Positions 33,213 through 46,353 are shown, counted from the first letter of the whole stretch. The stretch is DNA of 60,580 bases, filler included, from 7 parts of 7 records of this genome joined end to end with filler, not necessarily neighbours in it; one strand, 5' to 3'. The notes: a model not told the origin generated them from the letters alone. Numbers and translations are program-made.

Positions 33213-33405
33213 GAAACAAATTCCATCTAGGAATACCGGAAAGAAAGAAAGCGATATCCAATTTTCCCATCAAATTGAGTAAACAACGACATTTATTTTT
33301 GCAAGGCCGTTGCTACGGTTTTTCCTCGCAGACATAATCCAGCGCCGTTTTCGACCGGCTTCGGCAGGGCAGGGGCCTGGGTCCCCGGGCAGAAAGGGAA
33401 GTGGG

Positions 33406-33954
33406 ATGAACAAAATCGATCGTGTGCGCGCCGCGTTGAATGGCGATGTCCTTGACCGCCCGCCCTACGGATTCTGGACCCACATGCCCGGTATCGACCT
33501 GATGCCCGACCAATTGGCCGAGGAAACGGGGGCGTTTTTTCGGCGCTTCGACATGGATTTCATCAAAACGATGCCGAACGGCCTTTACTGCGTCGAGGAT
33601 TGGGGATGCGTCTGCGACTACGGCGATATCGCCAACGGCGGCGTCGCCCGGGTCACCCGGTTCGCGGTCGATCAACCGGGCGACTGGGCCCGGCTTGCGG
33701 AGCCCGACGTCACCGAGGGTGCCTTTGGGCGCGAACTGCGGCATCTTCGGTGGGTGGTATCGGATGTGGCCGATGAAGCACCCGTCCTGGCGACCGTTTT
33801 TTCACCGATTACGATCGCCCAGAAGATGTCCGGCGGGCGGGTTCTGGATCATCTGGCGATCGATCCGGAGGCTGTCGGCCGTGGTCTTGAAACCATTACG
33901 CGGGTTACCGAGGCGTTCGCCCGCGAGACCATTTTGCTTGGCTGTGCCGGTATT
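33406..33954 (+). CDS. Uroporphyrinogen decarboxylase-family (URO-D-like) protein, 3' truncated
   Basis: DRPPYGFWTH, MDFIKTMP, VEDWG, TVFSPITIA. Confidence 0.75.
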
Positions 33955-34054
33955 NNNNNNNNNNNNNNNNNNNNNNNNNNNNNNNNNNNNNNNNNNNNTT
34001 AATTAATTAANNNNNNNNNNNNNNNNNNNNNNNNNNNNNNNNNNNNNNNNNNNN
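33955..34054. other. Artificial contig-joining spacer
   Basis: N44-TTAATTAATTAA-N44. Confidence 0.98.
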
Positions 34055-35183
34055 CGAGGGCGACATCGGCGCTCAGTTTTTCGCGGACGTCGTCGACCGA
34101 TTGTTTGAAGGCGGGGGCAACGGCATCGACACGGATTACGTGCCAGCCAAGCGGGCTTTTGACCGGTTCACTGACGGAATTCTCAGGCGTCGCGAAGGCC
34201 GCATCGGCCAGTTCGGCCAAAAGCATCGACTTGCCGACTTCGCCGATGTCGATGGTCTGTTCGTCCATGCCGGCCACTTCCTTGGCGACTTCGGCGAAGT
34301 CCCGGCCCTCGGAAATCAGTCTATAGGCCTCTTTTGCCTTGTCCTCGTCCTGCACGACGATCTGGCGCAGGGTGCGCATTTCCGGCTTGTCGAATTCGTC
34401 CTGTCTTTGCTCGTAAAGGTCCTGGATTTCCTGATCGCTGACCGAAACTTCGCCGACAAGATCGGCGGCCTGCAGATTGAGCACCGTCAGCTTGCGGTAT
34501 TCCGGCGCGGTGAATTCGTCCGGGTTTTCGGTGTGATAGGTGGAAAGCTGTTCGTCGGTGGGCTCGCCGACATCGGTCATCGTCGCATCGGCGACCAGCA
34601 GGGTTTCGGCGATGCGTTTTTCCTGGCGGTGCCGATAGGTGCGCTCGACCACCGATTTCGGAGCGCTGAGACCGGCATCGATGCTGCCCCTAAGCTGATC
34701 GCGGGCGATCTGCCGGCGCAGGGCGATGACGTAGGTTTGTTCGTTGTAGCCGTTGGCCTGCAACGTCTGCTCGAACTGCGAACGGCTGAACTTGCCGGTC
34801 TGGTCCATGAATCCGCGGTCGCTTTGGATGTTGGTCCGGATGAAATCGTCGCTGGCGGTGGCGCCGAGGGCGGCGACGCCCTGGTCGTAAAGGGCATTGT
34901 TGACCAGCGTCGACAACGAAGCCTGCAACAGCCCCATGGCCCGCGCCTGCTGGCGATCGAGGCGGGTCCCGAACATCCGTTCCAGCCGGTTGATCTGGCT
35001 GACGTATTCCTGATTCAGCGACTCCGGCGAGATCTCGACGTCGCCGACCTCGGCAACGACCGTGACATTGGCGCGGCCGCGAATGAAGTCGCCGATTCCC
35101 CATGTCATGAAGCTGAGAATCAGAAGGCCGAACAATATCTTGATCAGGATGGACGCGGATCTTTTGCGAAGGGCTTCGAGCAT
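34055..35183 (-). CDS. ppiD: Periplasmic chaperone/PPIase PpiD (SurA-N + rotamase), 3' truncated
   Basis: N-terminal TM (LLILSFMTWGI), VAEVGDVEI, FTAPEYR, SEPVKSPLGWHVI; divergent from tpiA. Confidence 0.85.
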
Positions 35184-35491
35184 CTTGATTTCCCGGAGGA
35201 CCGTGTTTTTTTCGGAGGGTCCGGCTGGGGGTTGGAAATGCGGCTGTTTCCCGCGGTTCGTCGCTATAGGCGCGGCATCATAAAAGCGCCGCCCGTACCC
35301 CGCAACAGCCGAGTGGTCACGTGGCGCCGATTTCGGCGGCTTCCTGAGCTCCGGCCGGAGAAATGCAATTTCGGGGCGAAACCGGCAATCAGGCCTTGGA
35401 CCCCCGCAGGTCTCTGTGCTAATCAGGCGCCGGTTGGCGCCGCCGGAGGCGCCGGGCCACGCAATACACAGCTGATATCGGGGAACACGAA

Positions 35492-36262
35492 ATGGCCAAG
35501 GCTCGCCGCTTTTTGATCGCAGGCAATTGGAAGATGAACGGCTTCAAGAAGGACGGCCGCGCCCTTGCGAAGGGTGTCGCCAAACTGATGAAGAAAAGCA
35601 AGGGCAAGAAGCAGCCCTTCGATCTTCTGGTTTGCCCGCCCTATACGCTGCTGCCCGTCATTGCCGATGAAATCAAGGGTTCCGGCGTTGCATTGGGCGC
35701 ACAGGATTGCCACGTTGCCGAAAAGGGTGCCCATACCGGCGACATCAGCCCGCAGATGCTGAAGGATGCCGGCTGCAAGTTCGTCATCGTCGGCCACAGC
35801 GAGCGCCGCACCGACCACGGCGAAAAGGACGCCGCCGTCAAGGCCAAGGCCGAAGCCGCCATCGCTGCCGGCATGACCGCCATCGTCTGCATCGGCGAAA
35901 CCCTGGCCCAGCGCGAGAAAAACCTGACCCTGTCAACCAACCGCCGCCAGTTCAGGGGATCGCTGCCGGAAGGCGCGACCGCCAAGAACACGGTCATCGC
36001 CTACGAACCGGTCTGGGCGATCGGCACCGGCCTGACGGCGACGCCGGAGCAGGCCCAGGAAGTTCATGCCGTGATCCGGGCCGAACTCATCAAGGCGCTG
36101 GGCGAGGACGAGGGCAACAAGGTCCGCATCCTCTACGGCGGCTCGATGAACCCGAAAAACGCCCAGATCCTGATGAGCCAGCCCGACGTCGACGGCGGCC
36201 TGATCGGTGGGGCGGCGCTGAACGCCGACGATTTCTGGGCGGTGGCGCAAGGAAGCAAGTAA
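35492..36262 (+). CDS. tpiA: Triosephosphate isomerase
   Basis: AGNWKMN, VGHSERR, AYEPVWAIGTG, LYGGS. Confidence 0.97.
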   Translation: MAKARRFLIAGNWKMNGFKKDGRALAKGVAKLMKKSKGKKQPFDLLVCPPYTLLPVIADEIKGSGVALGAQDCHVAEKGAHTGDISPQMLKDAGCKFVIVGHSERRTDHGEKDAAVKAKAEAAIAAGMTAIVCIGETLAQREKNLTLSTNRRQFRGSLPEGATAKNTVIAYEPVWAIGTGLTATPEQAQEVHAVIRAELIKALGEDEGNKVRILYGGSMNPKNAQILMSQPDVDGGLIGGAALNADDFWAVAQGSK

Positions 36263-36379
36263 CGCTTCCGCCGGCCGGAAAATCCGGTCTGGCCAATCGC
36301 CGCGCAAGCGGGTAAAAACACTTCGGGCGTTCGCCCGCCATTTGCGGGCGACGGCCCGTTTGTTTGGGAATGTCGAAAC

Positions 36380-36721
36380 ATGCTGCAAGTTATCCTGATT
36401 ATTCATCTTCTGATCGCCATCGCCATGGTCGGCGCCGTATTGCTGCAACGCAGCGAAGGCGGCGCGCTCGGCATGGGTGGTGGCGGCGGCGGCGGTATGG
36501 GCGGCTTCATGACCGGCCGCGCGACGGCCAATCTGTTGACGCGGGCGACCGGCATTCTCGCCGCCGGCTTCATGGTGACCAGCATGACTCTGGCGATCAT
36601 GGGCAGCGCCGGCCGCGACTCGGGCTCGATTCTCGACGCGCCGGCGGCAACCGCGCCGGCAGCGACGGCCCCGGCCGAACCGGCGGCGCCGGCGGAGCCC
36701 GCCGCGCCCCTGGCGAAATAG
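36380..36721 (+). CDS. secG: Preprotein translocase subunit SecG
   Basis: VLLQRSEGG..NLLTRAT; tpiA-secG-pyrG synteny. Confidence 0.93.
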   Translation: MLQVILIIHLLIAIAMVGAVLLQRSEGGALGMGGGGGGGMGGFMTGRATANLLTRATGILAAGFMVTSMTLAIMGSAGRDSGSILDAPAATAPAATAPAEPAAPAEPAAPLAK

Positions 36722-36753
36722 GCGCCGGTCGATGACGACCAGGGAATTCAGCG

Positions 36754-36788
36754 AAAAAGAGGCGGCACTAGCCGCCTCTTCTTCTTTT
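36754..36788 (+). terminator. Rho-independent terminator after secG
   Basis: AAGAGGCGGC-ACTA-GCCGCCTCTT followed by CTTCTTTT. Confidence 0.7.
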
Positions 36789-36804
36789 GGCATGAATAAA
36801 CTGA

Positions 36805-38454
<1,650 letters not shown>

Positions 38455-38485
38455 GCTCCCAGGAAAACACCCAAAGGAGGGCCGG

Positions 38486-39867
<1,382 letters not shown>

Positions 39868-39967
39868 NNNNNNNNNNNNNNNNNNNNNNNNNNNNNNNNN
39901 NNNNNNNNNNNTTAATTAATTAANNNNNNNNNNNNNNNNNNNNNNNNNNNNNNNNNNNNNNNNNNNN
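39868..39967. other. Artificial contig-joining spacer
   Basis: N44-TTAATTAATTAA-N44. Confidence 0.98.
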
Positions 39968-40004
39968 TCAAGACCGCCGCCTTCGACCACTCGGCCATCC
40001 CTCC
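39968..40004 (-). tRNA. 5' part of tRNA-Ser(TGA)
   Basis: Reverse complement GGAGGGATGGCCGAGTGGTCGAAGGCGGCGGTCT-TGA, ending at the anticodon. Confidence 0.85.
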
Positions 40005-40040
40005 GGGAAATACATGTTAATTTTGCATACGCTTATGACA

Positions 40041-41042
40041 TCAGGAGGCGCTTTTCAGAAAAATCTCCACCTTGGCTTCCTTGCGCTGGTTGTCAATATA
40101 TTTTTTGACTTCTTTTTGAACTTCTTCCTGCTTCAAATATTGCTCAATGCGGGGTTTGACGGCCTCAAAGGGAATGGTGGTTTCAGGTTTCTTGTCCACA
40201 ACCTTGATCAGGTGGTATCCGAACTGGGTCTTTACCACGTCACTTACTTTTCCAGGTTCCAGAGCAAAGGCCGTGTCTTCAAAGGGTTTGACCATTTGTC
40301 CCCGTCCGAAATAGCCCAGATCTCCCCCCTTGGCAGCGCTGGGTCCTTCTGAAGATGTCTTGGCGACTTCGGCGAAATCATCCCCTTTCTTGAGTTTTTC
40401 CTGGACCTCCTTGATTTTTTTCATGGCTGCGGCCTTTTCCGCTTCCGATGCATCCGGCTTGACCTTGATTAAAATATGGCTGGCTTTTACCTTTGCCGGC
40501 TGTTTGAAAAACTGTGGGTGGCTGTCATAATAAGCCTTCACTTTTTCTTCCGGAACCGTTGTTTTGTCTACAAAGTTCTTGACCACGAACGCCTCGGTGA
40601 CCATACCCTTTTTGAGCTCGGCTTTCATGTCCGCCTCTGTAACATTCCATTCTTCCATGGCTTTTTTGAAAGCCTCTTCAGTGGGAAAACGTTTCCGGAA
40701 CTGAGCAAATTTTTCATCCACCTGTTTTTCATCTACTTTGTTTCCCGCTTTTTTACTGGCCTGATACAAGATCTGAATGCCGATCAATTTATCTAAAGCA
40801 TCTTTTTCAAGCGCTGCCAGTTGGGCTTCATTCAGAGGCTGCCCTTTCTGCATGGCCTGCCGTTTGCCGAAATCCACGGCCCGGTCCAGATCCCCGCGCG
40901 TAATCACGTCCCCATTCACCACAGCCACTTTATCCGAACCGGACTTCTTTTCCTCAGCGGAAATCGGCCCACACACGAGCAAAAATGAAAGTACTACGGC
41001 CACCATCCACAGTCGAATCCCAAAGTTGTGTCGCATCTGCAT
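40041..41042 (-). CDS. Parvulin-type peptidyl-prolyl isomerase (SurA/PrsA-like)
   Basis: Signal peptide, VAVVNG, KASHILIK, GGDLGYF.RGQMVKPFE, TQFGYHLIK. Confidence 0.92.
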   Translation of the reverse strand: MQMRHNFGIRLWMVAVVLSFLLVCGPISAEEKKSGSDKVAVVNGDVITRGDLDRAVDFGKRQAMQKGQPLNEAQLAALEKDALDKLIGIQILYQASKKAGNKVDEKQVDEKFAQFRKRFPTEEAFKKAMEEWNVTEADMKAELKKGMVTEAFVVKNFVDKTTVPEEKVKAYYDSHPQFFKQPAKVKASHILIKVKPDASEAEKAAAMKKIKEVQEKLKKGDDFAEVAKTSSEGPSAAKGGDLGYFGRGQMVKPFEDTAFALEPGKVSDVVKTQFGYHLIKVVDKKPETTIPFEAVKPRIEQYLKQEEVQKEVKKYIDNQRKEAKVEIFLKSAS

Positions 41043-41231
41043 CTCTCCTTAATTTTACGGTATCCAAAGAATCCCCCTTTGCGCATGGAGGGGCCATATT
41101 CCCGAAAGATTATCAGGAAGCCTACATAACACCTTTTGACACACTAAGCAAGCCCAATTTCCAAACCATAAACCCCTGTTTTAAACTCTCTCTTCACATT
41201 TTATTCCGTAGCTGCTATCATAAACCAAAAA

Positions 41232-42131
41232 GTGATGGGGTTAAGAGGAATGGGTGTTGAGTTGAAATCCCCTGTTTTGTCAAAATTATCCAAAGGCGCC
41301 ACAGGGGGTAGTCCTTCCGCTGAAGAGAAAAAGGCGCTTCTGGTAGCGAAGCTGAAAAAAATGGATTCCCTGCTGGTGGCATTTTCGGGGGGTGTTGACA
41401 GTGCATTTCTTCTCGCTGTGGCACATGTTGCTCTGGGGAAAAACGTGTTGGCCGTCACAGCGGTTTCGCCCATTCATCCCCTTCGGGAACGGACGGAAGC
41501 AATCGCATTCGCAAGGGAGAAAGATATCCCGCACCTGCTCTTTTCTTCCCACGAAACCGACCTTCCGGAATTTTTGACCAACAGCCCGGACAGGTGTTAT
41601 CATTGTAAAAAAGCCCTGTGCATAACCCTGCGGAAAATTGCGCGGGAAAGGGGTATCCATCATGTTGCCCACGGCGTTAATGTGGATGATCTGGATGATT
41701 TTCGGCCGGGACTTCGGGCTGCCGTGGAAGCCGGTATCAAAGCCCCGCTCATGGACGAAAACTTAGGTAAAACAGAGATTCGCCGACTGTCAAAATCAAT
41801 GGGCCTGCCCCAATGGGACAAACCATCCATGGCATGTCTTGTCAGCAGACTTCCCTACGGCAGTGCCATCACCCTTAAAAAGCTTAAGATGATTGAAACG
41901 GCGGAAGCGTTTTTACAGGACAAAGGGTTAAGGACTCTTCGGGTGAGACATCACGGTGCTGTGGCTCGTATTGAGGTGGGTGCTTCGGAACGCGACCTGA
42001 TTTTAAATGATGCAATTTGTAAGGACATTGTCAGGGAATTTCGTCATATGGGATTTGACCATATTGCTTTGGACCTGGAAGCATTTGCATCCGGGAAAAT
42101 GAATCGGAGTATAGATCCACAGATAACATGA
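41232..42131 (+). CDS. larE: LarE-like ATP-dependent sulfur transferase (PP-loop)
   Basis: AFSGGVDS PP-loop, RCYHCK, DFRPG, PSMACLVSRLPYG, RVRHHG..ARIE; start codon uncertain. Confidence 0.88.
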   Translation: MMGLRGMGVELKSPVLSKLSKGATGGSPSAEEKKALLVAKLKKMDSLLVAFSGGVDSAFLLAVAHVALGKNVLAVTAVSPIHPLRERTEAIAFAREKDIPHLLFSSHETDLPEFLTNSPDRCYHCKKALCITLRKIARERGIHHVAHGVNVDDLDDFRPGLRAAVEAGIKAPLMDENLGKTEIRRLSKSMGLPQWDKPSMACLVSRLPYGSAITLKKLKMIETAEAFLQDKGLRTLRVRHHGAVARIEVGASERDLILNDAICKDIVREFRHMGFDHIALDLEAFASGKMNRSIDPQIT

Positions 42132-42168
42132 TTAAACCTGTTAATACTTACTTCAGGGCGGTGAAGCG

Positions 42169-43842
42169 ATGATTCTGGGACTTGATGTAGGCGGAACACA
42201 GACAGACACGGTGCTCATAGAAGGGGATCGAATCCTGGCGGCAACGAAAATCCCCACCGGGGGGGATCTCTTATTAACCCTTCGGAAAGCTCTTGAAAGT
42301 ACACTTAAGGGTATTAAACCGGGGCAAATCGAGCGGATGGCTTTTTCAACGACCCTGGCAACCAATGCCATCGTCGAAGATCGTCTTGAACGGACCGGCA
42401 TGATTATATCCGCGGGCCCGGGTATTGATCCTAATTGTTTTTCCGTCGGCCCTTCATTTCACGTGGTCGAAGGATGTCTTGACCATCAAGGATTCGAGGC
42501 GGTTCCCCTGGAGAAGACATCCGTCATGGAAACGGTTGCAAAACTCCGGGAAGAGGGCATCAGCACCATTGGGGTCGCCGGAAAATTTTCCGTTCGAAAT
42601 GCCTCCCATGAACTCCAGATTGTTGACTGGGTCAAAGATCATTTCTCACATGTGGCCATGGGGCATACGGTTTCCGGTGGCCTCAATTTTCCCCGTCGCA
42701 TTTTTACTACCTACCTGAATGCTTCCCTTCATGAACTCTACAAATCTTTTTCCGATGCACTCACTCACATCCTGGATGAAAAAGAACTGCATGGGCCACG
42801 TTACCTTTTGAAACCGGACGGGGGCACCATTGATCTCATGAGAAGCACCGCCTTACCGGCTCGAACCGCACAATCCGGTCCGGCCGCCAGTGTCATGGGG
42901 GCGTTGGCACTGGATGGATGCAAGGGGGCGACCCTGGTGCTGGATGTGGGGGGGACCACCACGGACATGGCTGTGGTTCTGGACGGCATGCCGCTTCTCA
43001 ATCCCCATGGGATTAAACTGGGCCCTTATAAAACATTGATTCGGTCCATCATCACCCATTCCCTGGGAACGGGCGGAGACAGTGTGATTCAAGTGAACGG
43101 CACCGGGAACATGACCGTGGGTCCTTTGCGAAACGGGCCTCCGGTCGCATTCGGGGGCAACACGGCTACGCCCACCGACGCGTTGGTGACCCTCGGGCTT
43201 TTAGGGCTGGGAGATAAGGGTGCGGCGAGGGGAGCCATGGAAAACCTTGGCGCCGTCCTGGGCTGTAGCGCCGAAAGTGCGGCGGAACGTGTTTTGCGGC
43301 AGATGTCCGAAACCATTGCCCAATCGGCCAGGGCCTTTGTATATGACATCAATGCTCAGCCGGTTTACACCATTCACCAGGTTTTGAATGAAGAAAAAAT
43401 CGAACCCACATCCGTACTCATCATGGGCGGACCCGCCCCACACATAGCCCCCTATGTGGAAAAGGCGCTGGGGTTGCCCTGCCGTGTACCGCCCCATTAT
43501 GATGTGGCCAACGCCGTGGGGGCGGCTGTTGCCAGGGTCACGGCACAAGTGACCCTTCAGGCGGATACGGAACGGGGTACGGTCATCATTCCCGAGGCCG
43601 GGGAGGAACACAAAATCGACCGCCGCTTCCATATGGACCAGGCCATCGCCATGGCCCGGGAAACCCTTTGTCGACAGGCCATGATGATCGGTGCACGAGA
43701 CAATTCACTGGAAACCGCCATCACGGAAAAGCAGGTCTTCAATATGATTCGCGGCTACAGGACGGTGGGTCGGAACATTCGCCTTAAAATGAGTATTACG
43801 CCGGGGCTCATTCCCCAATGGAAAAGGAGTAAAGACGCATGA
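42169..43842 (+). CDS. Hydantoinase A/oxoprolinase-family protein
   Basis: GLDVGGTQTD, STTLATNAI, SGPAAS, LDVGGTTTD, GTGGDS, TPTDA, VANAVGAA. Confidence 0.88.
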   Translation: MILGLDVGGTQTDTVLIEGDRILAATKIPTGGDLLLTLRKALESTLKGIKPGQIERMAFSTTLATNAIVEDRLERTGMIISAGPGIDPNCFSVGPSFHVVEGCLDHQGFEAVPLEKTSVMETVAKLREEGISTIGVAGKFSVRNASHELQIVDWVKDHFSHVAMGHTVSGGLNFPRRIFTTYLNASLHELYKSFSDALTHILDEKELHGPRYLLKPDGGTIDLMRSTALPARTAQSGPAASVMGALALDGCKGATLVLDVGGTTTDMAVVLDGMPLLNPHGIKLGPYKTLIRSIITHSLGTGGDSVIQVNGTGNMTVGPLRNGPPVAFGGNTATPTDALVTLGLLGLGDKGAARGAMENLGAVLGCSAESAAERVLRQMSETIAQSARAFVYDINAQPVYTIHQVLNEEKIEPTSVLIMGGPAPHIAPYVEKALGLPCRVPPHYDVANAVGAAVARVTAQVTLQADTERGTVIIPEAGEEHKIDRRFHMDQAIAMARETLCRQAMMIGARDNSLETAITEKQVFNMIRGYRTVGRNIRLKMSITPGLIPQWKRSKDA

Positions 43843-45146
43843 TAAGCGCACAACGAAAGACCGGATTGGTCTTTTTCCCCGCATTTGACTGGGCCATCAG
43901 TCCTGATCATCCTGAGCGCGAAGAACGTCTTCTCTATACGCAGGATCAGGTCATGGAGGAAGGGTTGCTGGATATTCCCGGGATTGTGGAATACCGTGTG
44001 CGCCCAGCGGCGTATGAAGACATTAGGCGTGCCCATTTTTGTGTTCCCGACGAGGCTGCCGTCACCACGGAAAGCCATCTGATATCCGCCGGCGGCTGCC
44101 TTGTGGCAGCGGATGCGGTATTAAAAGGAGAAGTGGAAAGCGCGTTTGCCTTGGTTCGGCCGCCGGGACACCACGCCATGCGCGTGGTTCACGGAAATCG
44201 GGGTTTTTGCAATATCAATATTGAAGCGGTCATGATCGAATATATCCGGACCCATTACGGCATTCGAAAAGTGGCCATCGTGGATACCGACTGCCATCAC
44301 GGCGACGGTACCCAGGATATCTATTGGCATGATCCCAACACGCTTTTCATCTCCATTCATCAGGACGGCCGCACCCTCTACCCGGGAAGCGGTTTCCCCA
44401 ATGAGTCCGGCGGACCCAATGCCCAGGGGAAAACCGTCAACATCCCACTCCCCCCTCAGACAGGCGAAAAGGGCTTCCTTTATACCCTGGATGAACTGGT
44501 GATGCCATTGCTGGAAGAATTCAAACCTGAACTCGTGATCAATTCAGCAGGCCAGGACAATCACTTTAATGATCCCATTACCAATATGAACTTTTCAGCC
44601 CGTGGATATTCCATTTTGAATAAACGTTTAAAACCGGACATCGCCGTGCTTGAAGGCGGATACGCCATCGAAAATGCCCTGCCCTATGTGAATGTGGGCA
44701 TTATCATGGCCATGGCCGGCATGGACACCTCCTTTGTCAAGGAACCCAATTATGAAAAAGACTATCACCCGCAATCCCCGGATGTGACCCGGCACATTGA
44801 ACAGCTGGTTGAAGCACTGAAAGATCTGTTTTTGCGGGGGGGGCTTCAGAAAAAGTCTTATGACCAGGGGCAGATACAGGAGCGAAAACGGGATATCTTC
44901 TATGATACGGACGGGATTCAGGAAAGACAGAATGAAAAAATAAGGTGCTGTTCCCATTGCGCCGGTGCTTTTTCCGTTTCTTCCACCGCCAGCACCGGTC
45001 AGCATATCATGGGCGTCCACATACCCATGGAGGCTTGTCCCGCGTGCCGTAAAACCGGTCTGGACTGGTTTCGGGCGGGCAAAAAAGGAGCATTCAGGTA
45101 CGTATACCTTCAGGACCGGGACCAAGGATTATATGATGTGGCCTGA
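43839..45146 (+). CDS. Histone deacetylase-family (Zn-dependent) amidohydrolase
   Basis: HPE, RPPGHHA, GFC, DTDCHHGDGTQ, AGQD, LEGGY; ATGA overlap with the upstream gene. Confidence 0.92.
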   Translation: MISAQRKTGLVFFPAFDWAISPDHPEREERLLYTQDQVMEEGLLDIPGIVEYRVRPAAYEDIRRAHFCVPDEAAVTTESHLISAGGCLVAADAVLKGEVESAFALVRPPGHHAMRVVHGNRGFCNINIEAVMIEYIRTHYGIRKVAIVDTDCHHGDGTQDIYWHDPNTLFISIHQDGRTLYPGSGFPNESGGPNAQGKTVNIPLPPQTGEKGFLYTLDELVMPLLEEFKPELVINSAGQDNHFNDPITNMNFSARGYSILNKRLKPDIAVLEGGYAIENALPYVNVGIIMAMAGMDTSFVKEPNYEKDYHPQSPDVTRHIEQLVEALKDLFLRGGLQKKSYDQGQIQERKRDIFYDTDGIQERQNEKIRCCSHCAGAFSVSSTASTGQHIMGVHIPMEACPACRKTGLDWFRAGKKGAFRYVYLQDRDQGLYDVA

Positions 45147-45193
45147 TTCAAGAAACATCCCTAGTGGCAACTGAACCTAATTGAGGAAGAAAA

Positions 45194-45637
45194 ATGCAAG
45201 AGAACATGTTTTCAAAACGGGAAGATTACACAACGCTGTTGGAGGTCCTCGACAAATGGACCCAAGATGAAATCAACATGAAGGATGCTTTTATGAGGTT
45301 GGCAAGCCGGTTTTCGGAAAAAAACCGGGCGGTCCTATCCGTTGTTCCAAGACCCGGTATCAGCTATTCTCTCAGGGCCAGATTGAAAACCGGAGACGAA
45401 GATGGGCCCTTGATTACCATGATCGATATTGTGGATGACGATCCTGACAACCGGTGGTTGTCCGTATGTTTCTACGGCGATTGTGTAACGGATTCCGAGG
45501 AGGAGGGTGATTTGGTGCCGGGGGGTCTTTTGGGGGAAGACGGCTACTGTTTCGACCTCTATGAAAACAATCAAAACACCATCGCATATCTGGAACAACG
45601 GATTGATGAGGCTTACGAGAATACAGTGAAAAATTAG
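45194..45637 (+). CDS. Acidic hypothetical protein
   Basis: GAGG RBS; motif-like RWLSVCFY..GDLVPGGLLGEDGYCFD; family not identified. Confidence 0.7.
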   Translation: MQENMFSKREDYTTLLEVLDKWTQDEINMKDAFMRLASRFSEKNRAVLSVVPRPGISYSLRARLKTGDEDGPLITMIDIVDDDPDNRWLSVCFYGDCVTDSEEEGDLVPGGLLGEDGYCFDLYENNQNTIAYLEQRIDEAYENTVKN

Positions 45638-45646
45638 AGCTTTTCC

Positions 45647-45672
45647 GGTTCCCATGCCGGCGCATGGGAACC
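45647..45672. repeat. Perfect hairpin, REP-like or terminator
   Basis: GGTTCCCATGC-CGGC-GCATGGGAACC. Confidence 0.6.
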
Positions 45673-45766
45673 CTGGTAAAAAGGGACAACCGTGAATAGG
45701 TTATCCGTTTTTATCCCTCCCTTTTCTCATGATCAGGAGGATTCTCACTCTGATACGCCTTTTTCA

Positions 45767-45866
45767 NNNNNNNNNNNNNNNNNNNNNNNNNNNNNNNNNN
45801 NNNNNNNNNNTTAATTAATTAANNNNNNNNNNNNNNNNNNNNNNNNNNNNNNNNNNNNNNNNNNNN
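45767..45866. other. Artificial contig-joining spacer
   Basis: N44-TTAATTAATTAA-N44. Confidence 0.98.
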
Positions 45867-46353
45867 CTTCCTTTAATTCATCTTTGGAGGGGATCAAATC
45901 CTTGTCGCCGACCCGGCGCTTGCGGGTGCAGTGACGGCAGTACATCGAACAGACGCCGCTGACCAGGAAGAGTATACGGTCCGGGTAGCGGTGCGTGATG
46001 CACAAGGCAGGGCTGTCTTTGTCTTCGTGTAATGGGTCGGACATATCCGCCTTGGACATGACCAGTTCCAGTGGGGAAGGAATGGCCTGCTTGTATACCG
46101 GATCGTTTTCGAGATCGTCCGTGTCAATGAGGGATAGATAGTAGGGAGTTACGGACAGGGGGAATTTTTCGATCGTTTTGGAGAGCTTCGCTTTTTTGAC
46201 AGGATCGAGTTTGATGTCCAGGAGTTTCTGGAAGTCTTCAAGCGATCGGACCGAGTGAGAAATCTGCCATTTCCAGTCACGCCAGTTTGACAGTTTGGCA
46301 TCCTTGTCAATGACGTCGATGATGTCCTTTTGTGTCTGGGAGAGATTCTGCAT
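45867..46353 (-). CDS. kamA: Lysine 2,3-aminomutase (KamA/AblA family), 3' truncated
   Basis: [40 protein letters not shown]. Confidence 0.9.

Noticed and set aside
36470..36505. GGC/GGT triplet run
   Set aside because: Encodes the Gly-rich loop of SecG; not an independent repeat element
43839..46353. Apparent link between the HDAC-like deacetylase cluster and lysine 2,3-aminomutase (acetyl-beta-lysine synthesis and degradation)
   Set aside because: They lie on opposite sides of an artificial spacer and probably come from different organisms
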